This document shows, in pieces, positions 63,555 to 64,000 of a DNA stretch of 64,000 nt. The position numbers and the translations under genes are program-made. Position 1 is the stretch's first letter; each line of letters opens with the position of its first letter. The stretch is from Octopus sinensis (Eukaryota). Where the stretch lies: NCBI RefSeq assembly GCF_006345805.1, contig NC_043015.1, forward strand, positions 23,932,001 through 23,996,000, read 5' to 3'. A model generated the notes under the pieces. The model saw only the letters and a list, made by a program, of their open reading frames with translations. It was not told where the DNA came from and ran no database searches.

Positions 63555-63615
<61 letters not shown>

Positions 63616-63677
63616 AATAGATACATACATAAATACATTAACACACATACACACACACATATATATATAATATATAT

Positions 63678-63748
<71 letters not shown>

Positions 63749-64000
63749 TATACACATATATATATGCAAAAGCATATATACGTACGTACATACATACACA
63801 CACACATATTATAATACTAGAAAGGGAAAGATTTATTACACGGGAAAAAGTAAATAATAGAAAAAGTAAACGTTTTTATGATTCATTTCAAGAACACCTT
63901 CCTGCTGCGACTGTTATTATAATTGAAGACTCCATGTTTTCTGGGTTTTTTGTTATTTCTTGCTTGAAGGAAGTGTTCCGAGCAATTTAGGTTTCTATTA

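Larger units (their letters stand above)
61805..63563 (-). mobile_element. Young Penelope-like element: 580-bp inverted arms with intact HHRs, flanking a GIY-YIG domain
   Basis: 61805-62384 is the reverse complement of 62984-63563 with two mismatches seen (62021/63347 and 62283/63085). The spacer encodes an open GIY-YIG domain. Confidence 0.92.

Overview
AT-rich eukaryotic DNA saturated with microsatellites, and almost certainly from an octopus or other coleoid cephalopod. That call comes from recognising the tRNA-derived SINE families, not from a search. I found no convincing host gene, rRNA, true tRNA or CRISPR array, and most short ORFs in the track are microsatellite artefacts. The window is a transposon graveyard. 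It holds CR1-clade LINE pieces at both ends, three L1/Tx1-like pieces, one RTE 3' half, and eight R4/Dong-type relics (five stacked head-to-tail in TAA repeats at 37.8-46.6 kb). It also holds a Chapaev-like (CMC) DNA transposon with both termini, a full-length defective mariner, many SINEs and several local duplications. The most interesting signal is five Penelope-like inverted-arm structures (26.8, 34.6, 54.2, 55.9, 61.8 kb), together with hammerhead ribozyme (HHR) motifs read directly from the sequence. Three HHR sequence types keep an intact catalytic core: 34391-34501, the pair 56078-56123/56274-56319, and the pair 61867-61955/63413-63501. One pair lies in an apparently perfect, ORF-less 538-bp palindrome. 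HHRs in Penelope pseudo-LTRs are known biology. Whether these particular families and the palindromic non-coding unit are undescribed needs a database check. All alignments, identities and folds were done by eye, and boundaries of degraded elements are approximate.
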